The translations under genes and the position numbers were made by a program. A stretch of 64,000 bases of DNA from an uncultured Gammaproteobacteria bacterium (GTDB taxonomy: Bacteria > Pseudomonadota > Gammaproteobacteria > UBA9214): NCBI GenBank assembly GCA_963827755.1, contig CAWHCQ010000012.1:1-64000 (forward strand), read 5' to 3'. Below, piece after piece: positions 23,931-36,805 of this stretch. Below the pieces are notes generated by a model, which made no database searches, was not told the origin of the DNA, and worked only from the letters and a program-made list of their open reading frames with translations. Numbering within the stretch: the first letter of the stretch is position 1; the number at the start of each line of letters is the position of its first letter.

Positions 23931-23960
23931 AAAAAAAGCCCCTGCATGAGCAGGGGCTTT
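23931..23960 (-). terminator. Rho-independent terminator
   Basis: AAAAAAAGCCCCTGC-atga-GCAGGGGCTTT, downstream of the 24006-24923 gene. Confidence 0.85.
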
Positions 23961-24005
23961 GCTTGCTTCAGTTGTCTTGATATTACCTGGACAAGCTGTT
24001 GATGC

Positions 24006-24923
24006 TTAGGGCTCTTCACCGGATGCCATAATCAGTGCTTCTTCGATGGCGCCCGGAGAACACATGATGCTCATGAAGGTACCACCGGTTTTACTTGCCA
24101 CCATCGGCAGGTGTGGCCAGTTGATAGCGATGCGAAAGCGGGCAAACAGTGCGTATGCCGTGCCATCTGAAACCACGATTTCATAGGGCAGGTGAGCCGT
24201 TGAACGCGGCGTGGCCTTGTCGATCCTGGACATGATGAATTCATCGCCGCTGCAGTCATCGGCATCCTGGCCTTTCAGGGCGACACCGAAGACAGTTTCA
24301 TCCTTGCCGGGAATATCGATGCGATAAACCTTTGCAGTTGCACCAAGGCCGGCAGCCAGTGAATCTTCAACCGCCTTGACAGCCTCCGCCTGGCTGTCAT
24401 ATTCGGCCAGTTCGCTCGGATCGTCGAAATATTCCATCATTACGGTGTAATGATATTTCCGCAGGTCTTTAGCGGTGAGGTTCTTCTCGGAACCGAAATC
24501 CTTCTGGGCACCCAATGCCCCTTCCAACTGGGCACGGATATCAGCCAGATCAACAGCCATCCGGTAAGCGGAGGCCATGTAGATCGGGTTGGTATAGACG
24601 ATTTCAGTGGAATCGCCGTTTTTGGTGACCGAAATACGCTGAGCAGCACCGTAGGCACCGAAATCGGATTTCGCTGCATGTGCCTTGAGTGCATTACTTG
24701 TGACAACGATGATGTGGGCTCCGGCATAGGGTGAATACTCACCAACGACCTCAAAACCTGCTGCAGTGACCTTGGACTTGACTTCGCCAGCCACGGAATT
24801 GACATCACCGCTGCTGGTGCCGGCAAGTACGAAGGGCATTAAAATATCATCAGCCAGAGCACTACCTGCTGACAAAATGATCATGAATCCAGCAATTACT
24901 GTTTTTCTTAGCAAGGCTATCAT
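24006..24923 (-). CDS. Exported hypothetical protein
   Basis: 305 aa ORF with GGAGG RBS, signal peptide ending SALA and its own terminator. Confidence 0.8.
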   Translation of the reverse strand: MIALLRKTVIAGFMIILSAGSALADDILMPFVLAGTSSGDVNSVAGEVKSKVTAAGFEVVGEYSPYAGAHIIVVTSNALKAHAAKSDFGAYGAAQRISVTKNGDSTEIVYTNPIYMASAYRMAVDLADIRAQLEGALGAQKDFGSEKNLTAKDLRKYHYTVMMEYFDDPSELAEYDSQAEAVKAVEDSLAAGLGATAKVYRIDIPGKDETVFGVALKGQDADDCSGDEFIMSRIDKATPRSTAHLPYEIVVSDGTAYALFARFRIAINWPHLPMVASKTGGTFMSIMCSPGAIEEALIMASGEEP

Positions 24924-25173
24924 TTACCTTATCCTCCAGACGCTTTTGTTAGAAAGTTCAAGTGTGTTTATGGTTACGTTGATGCGTTGCGGCTCTGCCC
25001 GGAATAGCCAGATTACCTTGGCGCCTGAACGAGTTGCGAAGTATATGGGAATCATTCCTATTGTGCGAGCGACAAAATGCCATCACCACCCACTATTCAG
25101 ACTATCGGTTTACTGTAATGTTTCAAAGTTCGTAAAAAAACTCAATATATAGATTAAGTTCATTGAATAATAT

Positions 25174-25377
25174 ATGATTTGGAAGCCACATCTTACCGTT
25201 GCCGCCGTTCTGCAACATGCCGGCCGTTTTCTGCTGGTAGAGGAAAGGGTTGCAGGGCAAAGGGTTTACAATCAGCCGGCCGGACACCTCGAGGACAACG
25301 AGACCCTGCCGGATGCGGTCGTGCGCGAAACTCTCGAAGAAACGGCCTGGCAGTTCAAACCTGACGCTATGGACTGA
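25174..25377 (+). pseudogene. nudJ: Truncated NUDIX hydrolase (NudJ-like)
   Basis: WKPHLTVAAV...NQPAGHLE...RETLEETAW Nudix box, stopping at 67 aa. Located at the usual nudJ position upstream of mnmA. Confidence 0.75.
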
Positions 25378-25379
25378 CA

Positions 25380-26003
25380 TTGAAGATTATCAAACTCATT
25401 GTTGTTATCGTGATTCTTTGCGGAACCGCCCGGTTGCCAGCCAACAGTTTCAGCCAGGATCGTTATGCTGAACACGAGATCATCGCCACCCCGACGCTTG
25501 CTGCATTCTCCGTGTGTTTTGATCATAGCTGTGAGAGTGTTGAAACCCTTTCCATTACCGTGCAGGAATGGGCGCGTGTCACCGCACCCCTGGAAATAGC
25601 GGGTGAGACTGCAGAACAAGAACGTGCTGCAATTGCTGCGGCCATCGCAATCATGGAAGAAATCGTCGGGCAACATATCGGCACCTACCGGGACCTGGGT
25701 GAAAACCTGCGTGGCTTCGGCAAAGCCGGACAAATGGACTGCATTGATGAATCGACCAATACCACAACGTATCTTTATCTGCTCGAGCAAGCCGACTATT
25801 TAAAATGGCACAAACTCCTGGACCGCTCCACACGATTCGGGATCCCGGCAGGAATGCCGCATACAACGGCAGTCATCGAGGATATCAACACGCACAGCCG
25901 GTATGCCGTGGACTCCTGGTTTTTTGACAATGGTCTGCCGCCTGCCGTGGTGGAACTGTCAGCATGGAAGAAAGGCTGGGACCCGGGCGATCCACCGCAA
26001 TGA
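25380..26003 (+). CDS. Exported hypothetical protein, possible transglutaminase-like Cys-His-Asp enzyme
   Basis: Signal peptide; motifs GQMDCIDES, PHTTAVI and YAVDSWF. ATGA overlap with mnmA. Confidence 0.7.
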   Translation: MKIIKLIVVIVILCGTARLPANSFSQDRYAEHEIIATPTLAAFSVCFDHSCESVETLSITVQEWARVTAPLEIAGETAEQERAAIAAAIAIMEEIVGQHIGTYRDLGENLRGFGKAGQMDCIDESTNTTTYLYLLEQADYLKWHKLLDRSTRFGIPAGMPHTTAVIEDINTHSRYAVDSWFFDNGLPPAVVELSAWKKGWDPGDPPQ

Positions 26004-27097
26004 GCAGGATTGTCACAGGGTTGTCCGGAGGCGTTGATTCGGCTGTGGCCGCATTGCTTCTCAAGCAGCAGGGACATGATGTCAGTGCCGTCTTCATGAA
26101 GAACTGGGATGAAGATGACGAGGCGGATTATTGCCCTGCCTGGAAGGACCTGGAGGATGCACGCGCGATAGCCGGGAGACTTGATATCGAACTGCACACG
26201 GTCAGTTTTTCCGCACAATACTGGAACCGGGTGTTCAGGCATTTTCTCGATGAATACCAGGCCGGTCGGACCCCGAGCCCGGACATTATCTGCAACCGTG
26301 AAATCAAGTTCAGGGCATTCCTTGACCATGCCATCGGACGGGGAGCCGACTTTATCGCCACTGGCCACTATGCACGTATCGAAAAAGAGCCGCGGGTTCG
26401 ACTGCTCAGAGGGATCGATACCGACAAGGATCAGACCTACTTTTTACACAGTCTCTCCAGGGAGCAGCTCGGCAAGAGCCTGTTTCCGCTTGGCGACATG
26501 CACAAGTCCGATGTGCGCAGGCTGGCACGCGAACAGGGTCTGCCCGTGCATGACAAGAAAGACAGCACCGGCATCTGTTTCATCGGTGAACGCCGCTTCA
26601 GTGCTTTTCTTGCCCGCTACCTGGAAAAGAACCCCGGTGAAATACGCACGCTTGAGGATGAGGTCATTGGCACTCATGACGGCCTGATGTTCTATACCAT
26701 CGGGCAACGACAGGGGCTGGGTATCGGCGGGCGCAAGTCCGCTACCGGAGAACCCTGGTATGTCGCCGGGAAAGAGGTCGAATCCAATATCCTGCGTGTT
26801 GTGCAGGGCGTTGATCACCCGGCGCTCTTCAAACAGGGATTGCGCGCCAGCCAGTTACACTGGATTGCCGCAGACTCGCCACCGACTCCCCTGCTCTGCC
26901 GGGCGCGTATTCGCCATCAGCAGGCATTGCAGGCATGCACGGTCATGCAAGAGGACCCGCAGACCTGCACTGTCAGATTCAAGTTCCCGCAACGCGCAAT
27001 CACGCCGGGACAGTCCGTGGTGTTCTACGCTGACGATGAGTGCCTGGGCGGGGGTGTCATTGAAGAGGCCCTGCCCGGTGAGGGCATGGCCGCATGA
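26000..27097 (+). CDS. mnmA: tRNA 2-thiouridine(34) synthase MnmA
   Basis: SGGVDS, FMKNW, CNREIKF, ATGHYA and KKDSTGICFIG. Confidence 0.98.
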   Translation: MSRIVTGLSGGVDSAVAALLLKQQGHDVSAVFMKNWDEDDEADYCPAWKDLEDARAIAGRLDIELHTVSFSAQYWNRVFRHFLDEYQAGRTPSPDIICNREIKFRAFLDHAIGRGADFIATGHYARIEKEPRVRLLRGIDTDKDQTYFLHSLSREQLGKSLFPLGDMHKSDVRRLAREQGLPVHDKKDSTGICFIGERRFSAFLARYLEKNPGEIRTLEDEVIGTHDGLMFYTIGQRQGLGIGGRKSATGEPWYVAGKEVESNILRVVQGVDHPALFKQGLRASQLHWIAADSPPTPLLCRARIRHQQALQACTVMQEDPQTCTVRFKFPQRAITPGQSVVFYADDECLGGGVIEEALPGEGMAA

Positions 27098-27723
27098 GCG
27101 TGCCTGTTTACAATCGTACCCTTGCGCTTGCCGGTATCTTCCAGGCGGTCAGGCTGGTTCAGCAAACGGCACGCGGCGAACCGCGTGACAGTGCGGCGAC
27201 TGCAGCCAGTATCGGCAGCATTTTCAACACGGATCCTGCAAATGTAATCGATGTCTACGGCGATATTGCAGGCATTGCTACCGGCCTGGAGGTGCTGGTC
27301 CGGCAACTTGGTAATGATAAAAAAAGCAGGGACATGGAGCTGACCCGCTATGCCATTACACTCATCCACCTGGAGAACAGGCTGAAAAGTCAGCCGCAAC
27401 TGCTGCAACACATTCGCTCCGGAATCGAGGCATGCCGGCAAGAAATACAACCCGGGGAAGCGCTTCGGGCACCGCTCATTGCCGGACTCGCGGATATCTA
27501 CAAACAGACCATCAGTACCCTGCAGCCCAGGCTCCTCGTCAAGGGCGAACCCGCAGTGCTGGGCAGCATGGACAGTAAAAACATGGTGCGCGCCCTGCTA
27601 CTTGCAGGCATTCGTTCTGCTGTCCTGTTGCGCCAGTCCGGCGGCAGCCGTTTGAAACTTGTTTTTCAGCGCGGGCAGTTGCTTGACTGTGCAAGGGAGC
27701 AACTGCAGAAGATGTCCCGATAG
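27094..27723 (+). CDS. hflD: High frequency lysogenization protein HflD
   Basis: TLALAGIFQA and RALLLAGIRSAVL; follows mnmA. Confidence 0.93.
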   Translation: MSVPVYNRTLALAGIFQAVRLVQQTARGEPRDSAATAASIGSIFNTDPANVIDVYGDIAGIATGLEVLVRQLGNDKKSRDMELTRYAITLIHLENRLKSQPQLLQHIRSGIEACRQEIQPGEALRAPLIAGLADIYKQTISTLQPRLLVKGEPAVLGSMDSKNMVRALLLAGIRSAVLLRQSGGSRLKLVFQRGQLLDCAREQLQKMSR

Positions 27724-27833
27724 GCCCGGGCGGCGCGGACCAGCCAGGATAATTCAGTGTATAATCCCCGCTTTTATGTGGCCCCGAATCCGCTTGCGAG
27801 GCCTTGTCCGGCACCAGATCGTCAGGAGTTTGT

Positions 27834-31897
<4,064 letters not shown>

Positions 31898-31941
31898 CTG
31901 TGCAGTTCTCCTGAATCTGTGTCCGGGGGTAGTTACCCCTG

Positions 31942-32361
31942 TTAACGACAGAGTTCCCTCATTTCATCGTAGTAGCGCCTGACCCGCGGTGACTTGACGG
32001 CCCCCGGCTTGCGCTTTGCACGATCATAATTGAGCCTTGCAGCCTTGCAGTCCGACTTCCCGGCCGCATGTTTTCTCACAGAACGACGCCTGGCCTGCAG
32101 CTGCTTTTTCTCCCGGCGCCTGGATTGCTGCAGTAACCGGTGCTCTGCATCACGCAGGCCACTTACACGAGTTGCAGGGGCCTTGCCGGAAGCAGGCGTG
32201 ACAGTTTTTATTTCCGCTTTGCCGCGCTGCGGAGCACGGTCACTGAAATGGACCTGCCCGTCTTCATCGGTCCACTTATACACGTCCGCTGCAATGGTTT
32301 TGTCCGCTACCGCCAGTACAATCAGCGCTGCGACAGGAATCAACACGTGAACTGTCATCAT
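31942..32361 (-). CDS. DUF4124 domain exported protein
   Basis: Signal-like segment, then ADVYKWTDEDGQVHFSDRAP. Start uncertain. Confidence 0.8.
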   Translation of the reverse strand: MMTVHVLIPVAALIVLAVADKTIAADVYKWTDEDGQVHFSDRAPQRGKAEIKTVTPASGKAPATRVSGLRDAEHRLLQQSRRREKKQLQARRRSVRKHAAGKSDCKAARLNYDRAKRKPGAVKSPRVRRYYDEMRELCR

Positions 32362-32574
32362 TCCCTGAATACCCTGAAAGAGATTCATCCTGGAAAATGA
32401 ACCTTAACGAATATACGATCAGGGAAAGATCAGGAAAAGGCCTGACTTGTTGTAAGACGCAGGCGCAGCCCGGGTGGTGAGAAACCCCCGCTGACTGCCC
32501 TGCAAGTCAGCAGCCCGGGATTGGCTGGCCTTGCATTCATGCGGTGAGCGGACGGCAATTAATTCAGAATTACC

Positions 32575-32784
32575 TCAGCGCTTGCTGAACACCAGCCGGG
32601 TAGCAGGGTGAATATTAATATGTTCCAGCGGGATCCATTCCGCTGAAATACTGTTCAGGCGGCGGTCCGGTCGCAGCCGGCGGTTGTGAACGCCTTCATC
32701 TGCAGCACCCAGGCCTGCTACTCGCCTGTCGGTTACTTTTCTTCGGTTATCCATTTTTATATGCCTGTTAAGTCGTACTGTCAT
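32575..32784 (-). CDS. Small Arg-rich hypothetical protein
   Basis: 69 aa ORF with repeated DRR motifs. Start uncertain (32784 or 32754). Confidence 0.5.
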   Translation of the reverse strand: MTVRLNRHIKMDNRRKVTDRRVAGLGAADEGVHNRRLRPDRRLNSISAEWIPLEHINIHPATRLVFSKR

Positions 32785-32965
32785 TAGTGTAGTAAATAGT
32801 TGACGTTTCTGGCAATAATTTCAATTGTACAAAGGTCTTACAGAGCCGTCGAAACAACCGGGCTGCCAGGCGTCTGTCCCGGGAGGAACGAGAGGGGACT
32901 GTAAAACAACGCATTTATGGACAATAATGTTAATAACCGGTAATTGAAACGTTCGGGGAGAGGGC

Positions 32966-33505
32966 ATGAAGAAACACAAGGAGGCGGCAGAAAAACCGGA
33001 TAAGGGCATTGCCACAAACGGCCAGACCGGACGGGAAATACTTCTCCAGTCAAGGGAGGATATTCGCAGGACAGCCGTTGAACTTGCCCGGCAGGCAAAC
33101 CATAACCTGCTGCTCCATACCATGAACCTGGAAGCCGCGATCTTCGATCAGCGTCCCTTCCTGGATGCTGTAAACCGGCTGGTACTGAATCACCATGATG
33201 CCAGGTTCCTGGTCCTGGTCCAGGATGGCCGCAAGGCCATACAGCACTCCAATCGCCTGATCGAGCTTTCACGCCGCTTGAGTACACAGATCCAGTTCCG
33301 ACGACCGGCTGCCCAGCACCGGGACTACCAGAAGACGTTCCTGCTGACCGACCAGGCTGGTTATCTGCTTTGTCCCCTGCCAGGGCGCTACGAGGGTGAG
33401 GCCAGCTTGAATAATCCGGGCATGGTGCGGGATCTGGAGCACTATTTCATGGAAGTCTGGGATCACGCCGAACCAGACACGGAAACGCGGCGCCTGGACC
33501 TGTAA
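32966..33505 (+). CDS. Conserved hypothetical protein (PLD-like fold, often near purB)
   Basis: GGAGAGG RBS; motifs RLIELSRRLS and YFMEVW. Confidence 0.7.
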   Translation: MKKHKEAAEKPDKGIATNGQTGREILLQSREDIRRTAVELARQANHNLLLHTMNLEAAIFDQRPFLDAVNRLVLNHHDARFLVLVQDGRKAIQHSNRLIELSRRLSTQIQFRRPAAQHRDYQKTFLLTDQAGYLLCPLPGRYEGEASLNNPGMVRDLEHYFMEVWDHAEPDTETRRLDL

Positions 33506-33507
33506 GC

Positions 33508-33532
33508 AAAAAAAGCGGCAGTTACCTGCCGC
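33508..33532 (-). terminator. Rho-independent terminator
   Basis: AAAAAAA-GCGGCAG-ttac-CTGCCGC between convergent genes. Confidence 0.7.
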
Positions 33533-33559
33533 CCTGTTGATTGCCTGCAGTACCCGAAA

Positions 33560-34075
33560 TTATGGAAATGCGGGGATAACCGGCTCGGTACCCTCGATGT
33601 GCGCTTCCGGATGATGTTTCTTGACCAACTCGGTCATCTCCTCAACCCTTGCCTTGGGTACATCCACCATCATCAGCAGGCTGCCCCCCTCAATCGCTTT
33701 TTCAAAATCCTTCAAACGCGTACTGGGCGCAGAAATACCAATCATGCCGGACATCCAGGCACCAACCCCGGCGCCGGCAAGACCGATACCCAGGATTGCA
33801 CCGCCGCCAAGCGCCAGTCCGACGCCGGGGATGGCAACCGCCGCAATACCCGCCAGAATGCCGGTGGCTCCGCCAATAGCAACACCCCGCTCGACCGCCG
33901 GGACAAAATCACTTTCCTGCAACAGGTTCGCTTCCGGCAGGTTCGCTTCCAGCAGGGCATGATGATCGGCTGCAGCTATGTGAATATGACGCTGCTCGAT
34001 TCTGGCCAGCAGCAACTCGTCGACAATGGTTTTTGCACTATCTACATTGGGTAAAAGAAAATAAAGCCTTCTCAT
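33560..34075 (-). CDS. DUF1269-like membrane protein
   Basis: MRRLYFLLP, Gly/Ala-rich hydrophobic hairpin and LLMMVDVP. Confidence 0.75.
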   Translation of the reverse strand: MRRLYFLLPNVDSAKTIVDELLLARIEQRHIHIAAADHHALLEANLPEANLLQESDFVPAVERGVAIGGATGILAGIAAVAIPGVGLALGGGAILGIGLAGAGVGAWMSGMIGISAPSTRLKDFEKAIEGGSLLMMVDVPKARVEEMTELVKKHHPEAHIEGTEPVIPAFP

Positions 34076-34208
34076 GATTGACCCCTTGTCCGTAGCGGAC
34101 GCAGTTTACATAATGATTTCGAATGTCATAGAACCATCCATACTTTTGAATATAAGACATATTTCCAGCATGCGCCAGTATTAAAAAAGTACCTGTGCCT
34201 GCAGGGCT

Positions 34209-34850
34209 TTATACCGGCACCCGCTTGCGGACATCGCCGCCGGATTCGAGGTAGGCGCGATAGTCATCAGCCGTATCCAGGTCACGACGCAGCGTCAGGC
34301 ACTGGTATTTAATCCGCCGCTGCCGGAGCCGGGCCCTGGTCAACTCCAGTACTGTTGAGGTACCCCAGGGAATATCGTCAAATATGAACGCACAGGGTTC
34401 GCGCATACCGATCAGGTAGTAGCCGCCATCTTCAGCGGGGCCGAGTACAACCCCGTTGTCCTGTTCCAGCAACGTAAATGCCTCTTCCAGGTCAGCGGCA
34501 GACAATGTCGGACAATCAGCACCAACCAGCACCAGTGATCGACCGGGTCTGCCTGAGGATTGCAGCGCATGCGACATGCGGCGCCCGAGATCACCCTGGA
34601 TTTGTGCATGCAGTTCAACACCGTGTTGCTGTCTGCACTGCTCGAAAAAAGGATGCGACACGCCGGGACTGCACCACAGTTCTACCGGACATAAACCCGA
34701 ACCCGCTGCCGTCTCCAGTGTGGCGCGAACCAGGTCGCGGTAGAGTTCAGCCGCACCGTCCTCGCCGATAGTCGCTATCAGTCTGGTTTTGACCCGTCCA
34801 GGATCAGGCGCCTTGCTGAATACCATTATCCTGGCGTCGGCATATTTCAT
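34209..34850 (-). CDS. TIGR04282-type (DUF2064) arsenosugar-cluster glycosyltransferase
   Basis: FSKAPDPGRVKTRL, GDLGRRM, VGADCP, LGPAEDGGYYLIG and DLDTADD. Read in frame with the upstream GT2 in this assembly. Confidence 0.88.
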   Translation of the reverse strand: MKYADARIMVFSKAPDPGRVKTRLIATIGEDGAAELYRDLVRATLETAAGSGLCPVELWCSPGVSHPFFEQCRQQHGVELHAQIQGDLGRRMSHALQSSGRPGRSLVLVGADCPTLSAADLEEAFTLLEQDNGVVLGPAEDGGYYLIGMREPCAFIFDDIPWGTSTVLELTRARLRQRRIKYQCLTLRRDLDTADDYRAYLESGGDVRKRVPV

Positions 34851-35558
34851 CGGTTGTGAGCAAGCGTAGTATTTTGCCAGCAGCACCGGGTCAATGCCGA
34901 CGTAGTATGCAAACCGCAAACCCCACATCTTCAGGATGGTCCTTGCAACACCGTGTTTTTCCCAGCGACGTGGCGACGTGACCAGCTTTTGATCGACAAC
35001 AGCCGGGCGGGAATGTCGTTTCAGTGAACGACTCAGCGCGACGTCTTCCATCAGGGGAATATCCGGGATACCGCCGACCTGCTCGTATAGTTCACGCCTC
35101 AAGAACATTCCCTGGTCACCGGTGGCAATACCGCTAAGCCGGGAGCGGTAATTCATCAGCAAGGCAATCATTCCAAACACCCGGCGTTCGCTGGAAAATT
35201 CGATATTAAAATGCCCCCACTGCACGCCGGGCTTCTCCAGCCTCGCCAGAATATGCATATCCGCATCGTCGACAGGAAGGCTGTCGGCATGCAGAAACCA
35301 GATGATGGCCCCATTCGCCACGGCAGCGCCGGCCCGCATTTGACTCGCCCGACCCTGCGGAGCCCGAATAAGCCGGTCTGCCAGCGCAGTACTGACAGCC
35401 AGCGTTCCATCATTACTGCCCCCATCGACCACGACAAGCTCATGACCACGCTGACGCATGGCCTGCAGTCTTTCAAGCGTCAGGACGATTTGCCCCTCCT
35501 CGTTCAGGGCAGGAATAACAACACTGATCCTTGCAGGATTAACAGCAGCGACCGCCAT
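34847..35558 (-). CDS. TIGR04283-type GT2 arsenosugar-cluster glycosyltransferase
   Basis: ISVVIPALNE, VVDGGS, GRASQM, FLHAD, GDQGMF, LMEDV and TSPRRW. Confidence 0.9.
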
Positions 35559-35790
35559 CAGACTGCTGCGCTTGTGCGTTTTGCGGCTCGCTTTCACAAC
35601 GGGCAGATGATTTTGCCTCGACAGAAAGGCTTATAAAGCCTCCCTTATAGGCATGCCCGGTGAGCAGATCGTGGGTATGGCCGTTGAGCAGTCCCGCGTC
35701 ATAATCAACCGGGCAACAAAGGGCTTCCTGGCGTTCCCTGGCGCCTTCTGAATATCTTTCACGGACACTGTTTTCAACATTCATGGACAT
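35539..35790 (-). pseudogene. Internally deleted ArsM-like SAM methyltransferase remnant
   Basis: AGGAGA RBS, then MSMNVENSVRERYSEGARERQEALCCPVDYD (ArsM-like N-terminus) joined to a short tail ending GGRCC. Only 83 aa, with no SAM-binding motif. Confidence 0.65.
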
Positions 35791-35818
35791 ACGAATTCTC
35801 CTGCAGGTATTTGTTCCG

Positions 35819-36784
35819 TCATATCTCAAGCGCACCGCTGCAACCCGAACCCTGCCCGGCTGTACAACCATAACAGTGATCGGCAACCCTGATCGGGTTA
35901 CCCGTCATTTCTGCAGCTTCTACGTCTGAAATATGCAGCCGGGGTTTTTCCCCAAGCCGTGTCGGAAGGTCCAGCATCTGGTTGAAGTCACAATCATATA
36001 CATATCCCTGCCAGTCGACACTGATCAGCGAATGGCACATAACGGCGGAAAGGTTTTCATCCTGGTGGGCCTCACGCAGCAGCGCCATGTATTGCGCGAA
36101 CTTCCCCTGGCTCACCAGCGTGCTGCCAAATCGCTTGATAGGCATATTCGCCAGTGTCAGCAGGCGGTTGAAACAAATACCGTACTCGTCTGCCAGGTGG
36201 GTCTTGTAGTCCTGTTGCAGCGCTTCCTGCGGCGGCGGCAAGACCGCCCCCTGGGGGTTATACACCAGGTCGAGTTCCAGCCCCGAACCTGCCTGACCGT
36301 AGCCGAGTCCATTCAGCAAGTGGAGCGCTTCGAGGCTGGCCTCGAACGTCCCGTCACCCCGCTGCGTATCAACGTTTTCCTTTATATAACAGGGTAATGA
36401 GGCAACAATCTTAACCCTGTTTCTGGCAAGAAAACTCGCCGTATCCTGCTGGCCGGGTTCAAGGAGGATAGTCAGGTTGCAGCGGTCGATGACCGCTATC
36501 CCGCGGCTTGTCGCGGCAATGACAATCTGCCTGAACCACGGGCTGATTTCCGGGGCACCACCGGTCAGATCCAGCGTGGTAACACTTGAGGCATCCATGA
36601 AGCGGATCACTGCAGCGAGCGTGTCCCCGTCCATCATTTCCGTGCGTCCGGGGCCCGCATTGACATGACAATGCAAACACGACTGGTTGCACTTGTAACC
36701 GAGATTCACCTGCAGGGTTTCCAGACAACCGCGCCTGATGGGTGGAAAATCACTCTCGGTCAACAATGGCAGGGTTGCATGCAT
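35819..36784 (-). CDS. arsS: Arsenosugar biosynthesis radical SAM protein ArsS
   Basis: LQVNLGYKCNQSCLHCHVNAGP, DLTGGAPE, YDCDFNQML and HCYGCTAGQGSGC; cluster context. Confidence 0.9.
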   Translation of the reverse strand: MHATLPLLTESDFPPIRRGCLETLQVNLGYKCNQSCLHCHVNAGPGRTEMMDGDTLAAVIRFMDASSVTTLDLTGGAPEISPWFRQIVIAATSRGIAVIDRCNLTILLEPGQQDTASFLARNRVKIVASLPCYIKENVDTQRGDGTFEASLEALHLLNGLGYGQAGSGLELDLVYNPQGAVLPPPQEALQQDYKTHLADEYGICFNRLLTLANMPIKRFGSTLVSQGKFAQYMALLREAHQDENLSAVMCHSLISVDWQGYVYDCDFNQMLDLPTRLGEKPRLHISDVEAAEMTGNPIRVADHCYGCTAGQGSGCSGALEI

Positions 36785-36805
36785 ATTTGTTTTACCTGGA
36801 GCTTC

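Noticed and set aside
32465-32519. Hairpin GCTGACT..AGTCAGC flanked by direct GCAGCCCGGG repeats as a possible ncRNA
   Set aside because: Short, matches no RNA family I recognise, and could be chance or a weak terminator.
34209-35597. Apparent 462-aa fusion of the two glycosyltransferases
   Set aside because: Removing one base near 34860 gives ...CAC AAC CGA TGA, a typical ATGA stop/start overlap. With indels common in this window, an artefact is more likely than a real fusion.
35819-35860. Selenocysteine in ArsS
   Set aside because: The C-terminal position that is Sec in some homologs is a TGC Cys here; there is no in-frame TGA.
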